Source: Candidatus Desulfatifera sulfidica | Lineage (GTDB): Bacteria; Desulfobacterota; Desulfobulbia; Desulfobulbales; Desulfocapsaceae | DNA length: 64,000 nt | Reading direction: 5' to 3' | Assembly: GCA_014381505.1 (NCBI GenBank) | Contig: JACNLK010000033.1 | Coordinates: 4,583-68,582 of the forward strand | Shown: piece after piece, positions 31,867 through 42,485 of the stretch | Layout: each line of letters opens with the position of its first letter | Numbering within the stretch: position 1 is the stretch's first letter | Position numbers and translations under genes: made by a program | The notes under the pieces: generated by a model | Seen by the model: the letters and a program-made list of their open reading frames with translations, nothing else | Databases searched by the model: none | Told to the model about the DNA's origin: nothing

Positions 31867-33638
31867 AAATCGGCTCCCATGCTTACATGCAAACGAATGG
31901 GCAGACCCGGCTCCGAAAGAGCTGTCGCAAGATCAACACTGATTCGCCCAAACGGCAGCTGATACCTCACTCCAGCTCCCACCCCCTGGACCAGTCGCAC
32001 ATCAGTATCATCCATGGCGTTACCCGTGTCATAAAAAGCCGCAACACTCCATTTTTGACCAAGTAAACGCTCAAGCTCAACGCTGGCCTCCATGAGATAA
32101 CGACCACCAATTACCGCACCTGAACTATCGACCGGCCCCAGACTCTTATGAGCATAGCCACGAACACTCTGATCACCACCACTGTAGAAACGCAGAGATG
32201 GCGGCAAATCATCAACTTCATCAACGACTGTTGCACCAAGACCAAAGCGACCCGACAACCGCCAGTGCTCAAAGGGCGTAAGAATCACTTTCCCGCCCAG
32301 GCGAGCCTGAAAGAAAGTGGCATCCGACAGTACATTTTGTTCAGCCCCGCGCAATGTTAATGACAGGCGCACTCCGTCCCGGGTATTAATGCGCTGCTCA
32401 GCCATAACGATGGTCCAGGTCAAAGTCGGCAACAGGAAGAAGCCATGCCCCCTGGTCACTCCCACGTGGTACGTTTCATCACGCATTTCAAGACTGCTGA
32501 TGATCTGATGAACAGGACCCATGTGTTGGACGGCCATGACTCCTGACAAAAACTCAGTATTGGTCTCATCCCACTGCTCATCAATCCAGCTGGTGGAAAA
32601 AATCAGCCGATCTGTGCGGGGATCAGCAATAGGGATTTCATAATCAGCCTCCAGGCCGCGGGCATTTTCAGACAACTGCAACGAAGAGCGAATCTGGTGG
32701 CCCCGGGAATTCAGAAGACGGTTACGCCATTCGATACTGCCACGAGCACCAGTATCACTGCCATATCCCACGCCAAAACTGTAACGATTCTTCAGAACCG
32801 GGGACAAGCTGAGCACGATGGGGATCTGTAGATCCTGAGCCTCATCAAGTTGAGGGAGAACACGGACGTCGCTGAAGTAACCACTTTCATTCAAAATCGT
32901 CTGTAGACGAACCAGACGGCGCAAAGAATAGGGTTCACCAACTGCATGAGGGAAATAACGATGCAAAAGATCACGGTCAATACCGGTCCAGCCGATCCGA
33001 GTTTCACCAAAAAGAAAGCGGGGCCCGGTATCCAGGTGTATTCTGATTTCAGCCCGATAGTTGCCCTTATGGACCCGTACCTCATGTTCAATCAGATTGG
33101 CCTGCAGGAAACCAAGCTCTCGAACTTTAGTAAGAATCTTTTTTTTACCCTGCTCATAGAGGGATGAATAAAAGATATCACCAGGACGGAAAGGGATATA
33201 ATGCGCGAGATCCAGCCCGGCCAACTGTGTCTTGCCCTGCCCGCTCACCTCAACCGCAATTCCGGCCACCAAGACCGGTACACCCGGATCTATGACATAA
33301 TCGACACTCCAGCCTTCCTGCTCACGCACCAACTCACCATGCACCACTGGCGAATAATAACCAAATGGTGCCAAGGCCGCGGCCACCTCTCGGGGAACCT
33401 GAACATGAAGGCGACGAATTTCCCAATTGGTCAGACGCGGGTTATCGCGTTGCTGGTAGATAGTGGTTCGGGCCAGGACATTTTCATACTGTTCACCTTC
33501 AACTCCAGAAAAACTGACCTGTAATTGATCTGCCCACAAGTCACTCGGCCCCAGAAGGGCACAACACCCCGCACAGGTCAAGAAAACCCGGAACATTGTA
33601 AGGCGCAAAGCGCGAAATTTTCCCAGTGCAGTTTTCAA
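31863..33638 (-). CDS. tamA: Outer-membrane protein assembly factor TamA (Omp85/BamA family)
   Basis: POTRA-like N-terminal repeats, then an Omp85 barrel with 'RFYSGGDQSVRGY' and a terminal aromatic-rich strand. The start may be TTG 33638 or ATG 33596 (MFRVFLTCAGCCALLG...). Confidence 0.85.
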   Translation of the reverse strand: MKTALGKFRALRLTMFRVFLTCAGCCALLGPSDLWADQLQVSFSGVEGEQYENVLARTTIYQQRDNPRLTNWEIRRLHVQVPREVAAALAPFGYYSPVVHGELVREQEGWSVDYVIDPGVPVLVAGIAVEVSGQGKTQLAGLDLAHYIPFRPGDIFYSSLYEQGKKKILTKVRELGFLQANLIEHEVRVHKGNYRAEIRIHLDTGPRFLFGETRIGWTGIDRDLLHRYFPHAVGEPYSLRRLVRLQTILNESGYFSDVRVLPQLDEAQDLQIPIVLSLSPVLKNRYSFGVGYGSDTGARGSIEWRNRLLNSRGHQIRSSLQLSENARGLEADYEIPIADPRTDRLIFSTSWIDEQWDETNTEFLSGVMAVQHMGPVHQIISSLEMRDETYHVGVTRGHGFFLLPTLTWTIVMAEQRINTRDGVRLSLTLRGAEQNVLSDATFFQARLGGKVILTPFEHWRLSGRFGLGATVVDEVDDLPPSLRFYSGGDQSVRGYAHKSLGPVDSSGAVIGGRYLMEASVELERLLGQKWSVAAFYDTGNAMDDTDVRLVQGVGAGVRYQLPFGRISVDLATALSEPGLPIRLHVSMGADL

Positions 33639-33854
33639 ATGAACAGGCTATCCTTTGCCAAATAATTCAGGCACCAATGACTTCTATCAGAGAACCGAAA
33701 TCGTGAGCCCGTTTGTCACACATTTTAAACAGACGACTCCCACAGGCACACTGTTAACAATTTTTTATCCTATCCCACCCAACGATCATTAACAAACCGG
33801 GAATCACAACACCCCCACACCCTTTATTCTTACCATCTCGCCCACCTCTCCGTC

Positions 33855-35198
33855 ATGAAAAAAAACCCGGAACAACTGCGAGTAGAAAAAATCGTCAATG
33901 GCGGGATGGGGCTCGGCCGTTTGAGCGATGGCCGTGTTTGCCTGACTCCCGGAGTTCTACCTGGAGAACTGATCAGCGTTCAGATCTGCGACAAACACAA
34001 AGGAGTACTGCAGGCAGCAGTCAAGAAGATACTTGAACCTTCAGCAGATCGTACTCCACATCCATGCCCCCTGGCCAAGACCTGCGGCGGTTGCGACCTT
34101 CAGCATTGCAGCTACCCGGGACAACTGCAAATCAAAAAACATATTCTCAATGATCTGTTTACCCGATCTGGCAATGCGGACGTACAACAGGCGGCAATCC
34201 AGATCAAAGAGCCACTGTCAGCCCCGCAACCTTTTCACTACCGACAGCGAATTCGCTTGCAGGTCGACACGTACGGCCGACCAGGCTTCCGCAAAAAAGC
34301 CTCCCACGACTGTATCCCGATCAGGGAATGCCTGCTGGCCGCGCCACAAATCAATGACGCACTGGCCACACTTATGGCCGATTCCGGCTTTCAAACCCTG
34401 CTCTCCAACAGCCGGGAACTGGAGCTTCATCTCAATCCAGGCTCAGGACGGGTCACCGTAATCCTTCACCAGCGCCGTCCTCCCCGGCCCCGGGATTTTT
34501 CCCTGGCCAGAGAACTCATGGGCAGCCAGGTCACCTCTCTGCCTGAGGGCCTCTTTTTTCTCGGCGACAATTTCCCCTTAACCCGCGCGGATCAAGGCAC
34601 CACTCCAATTATTTTTTCCCAACACATACCACCGCTTGCCGGCTTCACAGACACCCCTCTGCAACTCAGCTGGGAGGCCGGTGGATTTTGTCAGGTCAAC
34701 CTTGAGCAAAACATCAACCTGATTCGCACAGTCCTTGAATTCAGCCATGTGAATACTGATGAAACAGTTCTTGATCTGTTCTGCGGTATGGGTAATTTTT
34801 CCATCCCATTGGCCTGCAATGCCCATGAAGTATTCGGCATTGAGGGACAGGGTGCGGCCATCCGCAGCGCAACGAAAAACGCAAAGACTGCAGCATTGCA
34901 CAACACCTCTTTCAGCAAGGGATCTATTCACCAATCCTGCCATGAACTGATCAAGAAGGGCCAGACATTTGACTGTGTGCTCGTTGATCCACCACGAGCA
35001 GGCATACCAGGACTTGCTGACGTTCTTGCACAGCTGACCCGTCAGCGTCTCATCTATGTCTCCTGCGATCCAGCCACCCTTTGTCGGGATCTGGCAGACT
35101 TAAGCCTCCAGGGTTTTACCATTCACACGGTTCAACCGGTGGACATGTTTCCCCAAACCCACCACCTGGAAACAGTGGTTCTCCTTGAAAGACATTGA
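33855..35198 (+). CDS. rlmD: 23S rRNA (uracil-C5)-methyltransferase RlmD/RumA family
   Basis: N-terminal TRAM-like domain and a Cys cluster 'CPLAKTCGGCDLQHC'. SAM motif 'VLDLFCGMGNFSIPLA' and 'DPPRAG' are present, and the catalytic Cys lies in 'YVSCDPATL'. Confidence 0.85.
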   Translation: MKKNPEQLRVEKIVNGGMGLGRLSDGRVCLTPGVLPGELISVQICDKHKGVLQAAVKKILEPSADRTPHPCPLAKTCGGCDLQHCSYPGQLQIKKHILNDLFTRSGNADVQQAAIQIKEPLSAPQPFHYRQRIRLQVDTYGRPGFRKKASHDCIPIRECLLAAPQINDALATLMADSGFQTLLSNSRELELHLNPGSGRVTVILHQRRPPRPRDFSLARELMGSQVTSLPEGLFFLGDNFPLTRADQGTTPIIFSQHIPPLAGFTDTPLQLSWEAGGFCQVNLEQNINLIRTVLEFSHVNTDETVLDLFCGMGNFSIPLACNAHEVFGIEGQGAAIRSATKNAKTAALHNTSFSKGSIHQSCHELIKKGQTFDCVLVDPPRAGIPGLADVLAQLTRQRLIYVSCDPATLCRDLADLSLQGFTIHTVQPVDMFPQTHHLETVVLLERH

Positions 35199-35490
35199 CA
35201 GATCAATACTTTCCAATTAAACGATAGACTTGTTTCTGCAGGATTTTCCATGGTGGTGTCGTAACAATTCCGGTCTACTGATTCGTGATCTCTTCATCCT
35301 CGTTCGGTACATCGCAGGTAAGGTCTCACTGGCAATACGTTACAGCTCCTTATTTGTTGAAATTCCCCCTTAAACATCCCAGCAATTGTTTCGAATTCAT
35401 CCTGTTCACAATCCAGTCAAAAAATCGCTGCAATCAACTTCAAACACAAAAGTCCTTGATGAAAGGACTCAAACATCAACTATAAATATC

Positions 35491-37065
35491 ATGAGTCAAG
35501 AAAGCACCCTCCTTAAACAACGACGACAAAAAGCCGATGACCTGGCCGCCCTTGGCGTTACCCTCTACAGCAACTCTTTCAAGCCAGCCAACACCGTTCG
35601 TGAACTTCTGGCCCGTGACCAGGATGTGGCCATCGAATGCCTGGATCAGACAAACTACACCTACTCCATTGCCGGACGAATCATGGCCGTCCGCAAGTTT
35701 GGCAAGGCCGCTTTCTGTCACCTCAGCGACACCTCGGGGCGTATCCAACTCTACCTGAAACGTGACACCCTCGGGGATGAGCAGTTCGCTACCTTCAAGA
35801 AATGGGATATTGGCGATATCGTTGGCATCGAAGGTAAGTTGTTTAAAACCAAGACGGGCGAATTGTCTCTACTGGCCGACCGAATCACCATGATCAGCAA
35901 GTCACTGCGTCCTCTGCCTGAAAAATGGCACGGCCTCACCGATGTGGAGACCCGCTACCGCCAGCGCTATGTGGACCTGATTGTCACCCCGGAGAGCCGT
36001 GAGACATTCCGCAAGCGGGTGGAGATCATTCGCCTGATCCGCGAATTTCTCAGCAACCGCGGCTTCATGGAAGTGGAAACTCCGATGATGCAGCCCATCC
36101 CAGGCGGTGCCACGGCCAAACCTTTCAAGACTCACCACAATGCACTGGGCATGGATCTCTATCTGCGCATTGCCCCTGAGCTCTACCTGAAACGCTTACT
36201 GGTCGGTGGATTTGAAAAAGTCTTTGAGGTCAACCGTAATTTTCGCAACGAGGGCTTGTCTACCCGTCACAATCCCGAGTTCACCATGCTTGAATTTTAC
36301 CAGGCCTATGCCACTTACCACGATCTGATGGATCTCACCGAGGAGCTGGTCTCCTGGCTCTCCCAGGAGGTCAACGAGACCATGGCCATCAATTACCAGG
36401 GACAACCGGTCAACCTGGCCCCACCCTGGCAGCGAATGACCATGGAGGAGGCCTTGATCAATGTAGCCGGCATCGACGCCGACTTACTGGCTGATGATGC
36501 AAGCGTCATGGCACTGGTCAAGGAAAAAGGGATCAAACTCGAGGCCCAGGCCGGGGTCGGCAAGGCCAAGACCGAACTCTTTGAGCTTCTGGTGGAAGAA
36601 AAATTAATCAACCCCACCTTTATTACCGCCTACCCGACCGAAGTTTCGCCTTTGGCCCGGCGCAACGACGAAGATCCCAGTGTTACCGACAGGTTTGAGC
36701 TGTTCATTACCGGCCGCGAGATCGCCAATGCCTTCAGTGAGCTCAATGACCCCATCGATCAACGGGAGCGCCTTGAAAAGCAGATTGCCGAAAAGGGCAA
36801 CGATGAAGAAATCCACGCCGAACTGGATGACGATTTTCTTCGGGCGCTGGAATACGGTATGCCCTCTGCGGCTGGAGAAGGCATCGGCATTGATCGGCTG
36901 GTGATGTTACTCACCGACTCACCTTCTATCCGCGACGTAATCCTCTTCCCGCACCTCAAGCCTGAAATGAAACCCCAGAAAAAGAAGAAAAAAAAGAAAA
37001 GCAAAGGAACGAGCGATGCACAAAACAAGGCAACTGTTCTAGATGCACAGAATAAACCTCAGTAA
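35491..37065 (+). CDS. lysS: Lysine--tRNA ligase (class II) with an unusual Lys-rich C-terminal tail
   Basis: An OB-fold N-domain plus class II motifs ('FRNEG', 'ELFITGREIANAFSELNDP', 'GEGIGIDRLVML'). ATG 35491 is chosen (MSQESTLLKQRRQK...). The tail is 'KPQKKKKKKKSKGTSDAQNKATVLDAQNKPQ'. Confidence 0.95.
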   Translation: MSQESTLLKQRRQKADDLAALGVTLYSNSFKPANTVRELLARDQDVAIECLDQTNYTYSIAGRIMAVRKFGKAAFCHLSDTSGRIQLYLKRDTLGDEQFATFKKWDIGDIVGIEGKLFKTKTGELSLLADRITMISKSLRPLPEKWHGLTDVETRYRQRYVDLIVTPESRETFRKRVEIIRLIREFLSNRGFMEVETPMMQPIPGGATAKPFKTHHNALGMDLYLRIAPELYLKRLLVGGFEKVFEVNRNFRNEGLSTRHNPEFTMLEFYQAYATYHDLMDLTEELVSWLSQEVNETMAINYQGQPVNLAPPWQRMTMEEALINVAGIDADLLADDASVMALVKEKGIKLEAQAGVGKAKTELFELLVEEKLINPTFITAYPTEVSPLARRNDEDPSVTDRFELFITGREIANAFSELNDPIDQRERLEKQIAEKGNDEEIHAELDDDFLRALEYGMPSAAGEGIGIDRLVMLLTDSPSIRDVILFPHLKPEMKPQKKKKKKKSKGTSDAQNKATVLDAQNKPQ

Positions 37066-37082
37066 GAGGCTGAAGACCTGAG

Positions 37083-38306
37083 ATGTATGAATGGTTCATC
37101 AGCTGTCGTTACCTGCGAGCCCGGCACAAACAGAAATTCATATCCCTGATCTCATTTATCTCAGTGGCTGGAATTACCGTTGGGGTCATGGCCCTCATCG
37201 TGGTCCTGGCAGTCTTTTCAGGATTCACGAATGGTCTGCGCGATCAAATCCTTGCCATCAATTCGCACATTATCGTTCAACAGCCAGGTGGTATTCAAGA
37301 TTACCACAATATCCGTCAACAGATCCTCAACATCCCCGAGGTCAACGGCGCAACCCCCTACCTCTACTCTCAAACTCTGATCAGCAGTCCATCAGGTGGC
37401 GGGGGTATCATCCTGCGCGGAATTGATCCAACCACGGCCCGTGGCGTTATTGGCCTGCCGGATCAGCTCATTCACGGGACAATCAATGACCTGGAGACAC
37501 AGGAACAGCGCGGTCTCCCGAACATCATCCTTGGAAAAGAGCTTGCCGATGAACTCCTGGTGATGGTTGGAGACAAAGTTCGACTGATCTCACCATCCGG
37601 CCCACTCACCCCCATGGGGGTTATTCCCCGCATTAAGACATGTCGGGTCTCAGGTATCTTTGAATCCGGCATGTATGAATATGATTCAAGCCTGGCCTAC
37701 ATGGCCATGCCGGACGTACGCGCCTTCCTCGAAATCCGTGACATGGCGCACGGCATAGAGGTAGCAGTTCTTGAAAAAGCACTCAACCGGACTGATACCA
37801 TAGCAATCGAAATCATGAATTCCATAGAGACACCAGTGATCGCCAAGGATTGGAAGGCCATGAACCGCAATCTCTTTGCTGCGTTCAAGCTTGAGAAAAT
37901 CGGAATGTTCATCTGTGTCGCCCTGATCGTCCTTGTTGCGGCACTGAATATCATCAGTGCCCTGATCATGGTTGTCATGGAAAAAGAACGCGATATTGCG
38001 ATCCTGAAATCCATGGGCGCCACCTCGGCCTCAATCATGCGCATCTTCTTTTTCCAGGGGATGATCATCTCCGTAACCGGAACCAGCCTTGGCATCCTTG
38101 GAGGTTTGGGCCTGTGTGAACTTCTTTCCCGCTATCAATTCATTGAGCTGCCCTCAAATGTCTACCCCATGACGACCCTGCCGATCAAGGTCCTCCCCAT
38201 GGATGTAACCATCATCGGACTTGCCGCTATTCTCATTACACTTTCCGCCACCCTCTATCCATCGTGGCGTGCGGCACAAGTGCAACCAGCAGAGATTCTC
38301 TCATGA
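37083..38306 (+). CDS. lolC: Lipoprotein-releasing ABC transporter permease (LolC/E family)
   Basis: MacB-like topology with an FtsX C-terminal domain. 'ISCRYLRARHKQKFISLISFISVAGITVGVMALIVVLAV' is the typical LolC/E N-terminus. Confidence 0.9.
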   Translation: MYEWFISCRYLRARHKQKFISLISFISVAGITVGVMALIVVLAVFSGFTNGLRDQILAINSHIIVQQPGGIQDYHNIRQQILNIPEVNGATPYLYSQTLISSPSGGGGIILRGIDPTTARGVIGLPDQLIHGTINDLETQEQRGLPNIILGKELADELLVMVGDKVRLISPSGPLTPMGVIPRIKTCRVSGIFESGMYEYDSSLAYMAMPDVRAFLEIRDMAHGIEVAVLEKALNRTDTIAIEIMNSIETPVIAKDWKAMNRNLFAAFKLEKIGMFICVALIVLVAALNIISALIMVVMEKERDIAILKSMGATSASIMRIFFFQGMIISVTGTSLGILGGLGLCELLSRYQFIELPSNVYPMTTLPIKVLPMDVTIIGLAAILITLSATLYPSWRAAQVQPAEILS

Positions 38307-38983
38307 CCACTCCTCTACTGGAAGCCTTGAACATCAGACACACCTATACTGGTGGCACCAGCCCCATAGATATCCTGAAAGGTGTGAATGTACAGCTTGA
38401 AGCCGGCGAGATGCTCGCCATTGTGGGTGCATCAGGCTCTGGAAAGACCACCCTTCTCCAGATTCTCGGAACCTTGAGTCAACCCAGCAGTGGAGAGTTA
38501 CGTTTCAAAGGCGATACCCTCAAGGGCAGGAGTGACCAGAAGATAGCAACCTTCCGCAACCGGGAGCTGGGTTTCATCTTCCAGTTCCACCACCTCCTCC
38601 CCGAATTTTCAGCCCTGGAAAACGTCATAATGCCCGGCCTGATCAACGGCCAGTCCCATAAAGAGCTCCTGGAACCAGCCCGTGAAATTCTGGAACAAGT
38701 CAACCTCAGCCACCGCCTCGACCACCGGGTCGGTCAACTCTCGGGCGGCGAGCAACAACGCACGGCCCTGGCTCGAGCCCTGATCATGGAACCGACCCTG
38801 CTTCTGGCCGATGAACCCACCGGCAACCTTGACAGCCGGAGCGGCCGTCTGGTCTTTGACCTGATCGGTCGCCTCTGCCGTGAACGGAAGATGGCCGTCG
38901 TCATGGTCACCCACAACATGGAACTGGCCGCGGAGATGGATCGTCGACTGACCCTGATTGACGGACTTCTACTCGACGACTGA
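38303..38983 (+). CDS. lolD: Lipoprotein-releasing ABC transporter ATP-binding protein LolD
   Basis: Walker A 'GASGSGKTT', signature 'LSGGEQQR' and Walker B 'LLLADEPTGNLD'. ATG 38303 overlaps the lolC stop (ATGA). Confidence 0.9.
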   Translation: MTTPLLEALNIRHTYTGGTSPIDILKGVNVQLEAGEMLAIVGASGSGKTTLLQILGTLSQPSSGELRFKGDTLKGRSDQKIATFRNRELGFIFQFHHLLPEFSALENVIMPGLINGQSHKELLEPAREILEQVNLSHRLDHRVGQLSGGEQQRTALARALIMEPTLLLADEPTGNLDSRSGRLVFDLIGRLCRERKMAVVMVTHNMELAAEMDRRLTLIDGLLLDD

Positions 38984-38990
38984 CATCCGT

Positions 38991-39572
38991 ATGACCCGGC
39001 CCGAGTTGTCCCACCAGCGCCTGTTTGTCTCCATCCCCATTGAGACGGGAATTAATCAAGAACTGAACCGCTTCCAGCAAAGACTGGCCACAGGTCTTCC
39101 CAAAGGAAAGATACGCTGGGTTCACAGTACAAATCGTCACATCACCCTGATTTTCCTGGGTGACACCCCTATGCCAAGCGCCAGGATCATCTCCCTCATT
39201 GACGAGGCCGCACTCTCCACTCCCCCTTTTGCTCTTCCCTTGGGCAGCCCGGGGGCATTCCCCTCGCCCCACCGCCCCCGGGTCATCTGGCTCGGCCTTG
39301 ACGACCCGCTCAGACATTGCCTGCATCTGCGTGATTCTCTACGTCTCAAACTGGATCCCCCGATGGACACCCAAGCAGAAAAACGCTTCATCCCGCACCT
39401 GACTCTGGGCCGGGTGCGGCCAGAAGGCCGTATAACAGAATTTGACTGGAAACTGAAAACAGCCCCCCTTCAGCTGGAAGTCAAGGAAGTCCAACTGATC
39501 TGCAGCAGGCTGACGCCAAGTGGTCCCCTCTATACCTGTTTACACCGAAGCAGACTCAGAAGAAAAAACTGA
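38991..39572 (+). CDS. thpR: RNA 2',3'-cyclic phosphodiesterase (2H phosphoesterase, ThpR/LigT)
   Basis: Two HxT/S motifs, 'HITLIFLG' and 'HLTLGR'. About 193 aa from ATG 38991. Confidence 0.8.
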   Translation: MTRPELSHQRLFVSIPIETGINQELNRFQQRLATGLPKGKIRWVHSTNRHITLIFLGDTPMPSARIISLIDEAALSTPPFALPLGSPGAFPSPHRPRVIWLGLDDPLRHCLHLRDSLRLKLDPPMDTQAEKRFIPHLTLGRVRPEGRITEFDWKLKTAPLQLEVKEVQLICSRLTPSGPLYTCLHRSRLRRKN

Positions 39573-39620
39573 ATCTATTTGTGAGCCTGTCACGAGCGCG
39601 ACAGACGTTGCAGCCCAAAA

Positions 39621-40532
39621 CTAACGGCGACGCAAACGACTCCGCACAACCTCGGCTAAAAGAGGGGCCAGGGAATACACCTGAAGCAGTTCGTTACCTT
39701 CTCGCCCTGGATAACTGTCTGAACCGATAACAGTGCGGATGGGACTCTGCTCAAATCTGGTCTGAGCCCCCCCTGCCAGAACCAGATGGGTAGCCATGAC
39801 ATGAACATCGCAAGCCCCGGCTTCGAAGCAACGTTCAGCGGTTTGAATAATCGACCCACCGGTGCGAATCATATCATCACAGATCACGACCGTGCGACCG
39901 CGAACCACACTTGAAACCTGACCGACAATGGTCTTGTCAGTATCATAACGGTCTTTATCAGCGGCAGTATGTGCACAACCTAAGAGACTGGCCAGACGCG
40001 CCACCCGTTTAGAAAAACCATAGTCCGGGGAAACCAGGACATAGTCTCGAAGATTACTTGCCCGAATCTGAGCCACGGCCAGCTCATCAGTCCAGAGATG
40101 ACAGGTGCTGACCTCACCACCGTGCGCATGGAGCACAGCCTCAGAATGGAGATCAACAAAAGCAACAAAATCTGGCCGAGCTCGAAATATTTGACGAGTA
40201 CGAGTAATTCCCTTGGGGATCTCGTTGGAATCTGGTTTGACCCGCTCCATGGTTGAATGGCCAAGATAAGGGATCAGTACATTCACCGTACGGGCATTGC
40301 TATAACGACCACCCTGAATCAGATCCAGTAACTCCTGATGACTGGCATCACTGTGGGTGGCTCCGATGATCACCAGATCACGCCCACCTGGGTCACAGGG
40401 AAAGGCATGGTATTGCTCACCGTCGGCAAAGGTCCGACGGATCATCTCCGTGAAGGGAATATTCAGAGCCTGGGCCACCAGCAGTGCCAGTGGCTCAGAG
40501 GCCCTGTTACTCACAAGCATCAGGTTATTCAT
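39621..40532 (-). CDS. Ribose-phosphate pyrophosphokinase-family protein (divergent Prs-like)
   Basis: 'RTFADGEQY' and the PRPP-binding loop 'VVICDDMIRTGGS'. The 'PYLGHSTMER' block differs from the canonical 'PYFGYARQDR'. Confidence 0.7.
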   Translation of the reverse strand: MNNLMLVSNRASEPLALLVAQALNIPFTEMIRRTFADGEQYHAFPCDPGGRDLVIIGATHSDASHQELLDLIQGGRYSNARTVNVLIPYLGHSTMERVKPDSNEIPKGITRTRQIFRARPDFVAFVDLHSEAVLHAHGGEVSTCHLWTDELAVAQIRASNLRDYVLVSPDYGFSKRVARLASLLGCAHTAADKDRYDTDKTIVGQVSSVVRGRTVVICDDMIRTGGSIIQTAERCFEAGACDVHVMATHLVLAGGAQTRFEQSPIRTVIGSDSYPGREGNELLQVYSLAPLLAEVVRSRLRRR

Positions 40533-40566
40533 CTTCGATTCTTCCCCTGATTCAGAACTGGCACCT

Positions 40567-41670
<1,104 letters not shown>

Positions 41671-41791
41671 TTATTGCCAGGTATTGAATTAAAATTTACA
41701 CGGTACTAGATATATCCGCTCATCTGAAATGAGTCACCAGAAATCAGGGCAGAATCAACAGAAAACCACACTCAAACAGGAACAGACTGAT

Positions 41792-42478
41792 TCAAGATCC
41801 ATCGTGACCCATATTTTTTTTGAACGACAACAGAACGCGGCTGGCTCCCGATACTGGCAGTTGATATTCCACTGTCTTCTCCAGATGAGACCTCATCTCC
41901 TCAGAACAGGAAGCCAGCTCTTCAGACCACTTAGGCCCCTTCATGCACAAGACCCGTGTCCCTGGCAACCAGAGATGGTCAATCAATTGGAGGAAAGTTG
42001 AAAGATCTGTGACGGCTCGACTGGTAATATGAGTGTAAGGATGCTCGGCACAAGGTCCAACCTCTTCAACTCGTCCAGCAACAACACTTACCCCTTTGTC
42101 CAAAGCCAATGTCCTGGCCACATGACGAAGAAAAGACACTCGTTTCAGGCGTGGTTCCACGAGGGTGACTGTCAGGTCCGGAGAGGCCGCCTTACAAACG
42201 AGACCCGGGAAACCAGCCCCGCTCCCGACATCAAAGAGATGGGCATCCTTTTCCATCAAATGAGGGACAAGAGCTAAAGAATCGAGAAAATGCTTGTCAA
42301 CTATTTCCAAGTCAGTCGTTCCCCTGGCAATAAGATTGACCTTTGCACTCCAGCGTTTGAGCTCAACAAAATACAGGGTCAGTCGAGTGACTGCGCCAGG
42401 ACCAAGCTCCAATCCCAGGCGAGTACACCCTTCGACGAGATGTTTCTGGAAATCAAAAGTCGTCGCAGTCATTCGCAC
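41792..42478 (-). CDS. rsmG: 16S rRNA (guanine527-N7)-methyltransferase RsmG
   Basis: 'KHFLDSL' and the SAM motif 'DVGSGAGFPGL'. 'EPRLKRVSFL' is typical of GidB/RsmG. Confidence 0.85.
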   Translation of the reverse strand: MRMTATTFDFQKHLVEGCTRLGLELGPGAVTRLTLYFVELKRWSAKVNLIARGTTDLEIVDKHFLDSLALVPHLMEKDAHLFDVGSGAGFPGLVCKAASPDLTVTLVEPRLKRVSFLRHVARTLALDKGVSVVAGRVEEVGPCAEHPYTHITSRAVTDLSTFLQLIDHLWLPGTRVLCMKGPKWSEELASCSEEMRSHLEKTVEYQLPVSGASRVLLSFKKNMGHDGS

Positions 42479-42485
42479 TCAAACA

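Noticed and set aside
35386-35490. Longer N-terminal extensions suggested by the ORF track for lysS (35386) and for several other genes. These are the lipoprotein (3282), DUF1566 gene (27584), nuoI (58720), lolD (38264), thpR (38958), hisB (49289) and nuoL-like gene (61868)
   Set aside because: The extensions overlap upstream genes or lack RBS signals. Internal ATG/GTG codons give canonical family N-termini with Shine-Dalgarno spacing, so the shorter models were adopted.
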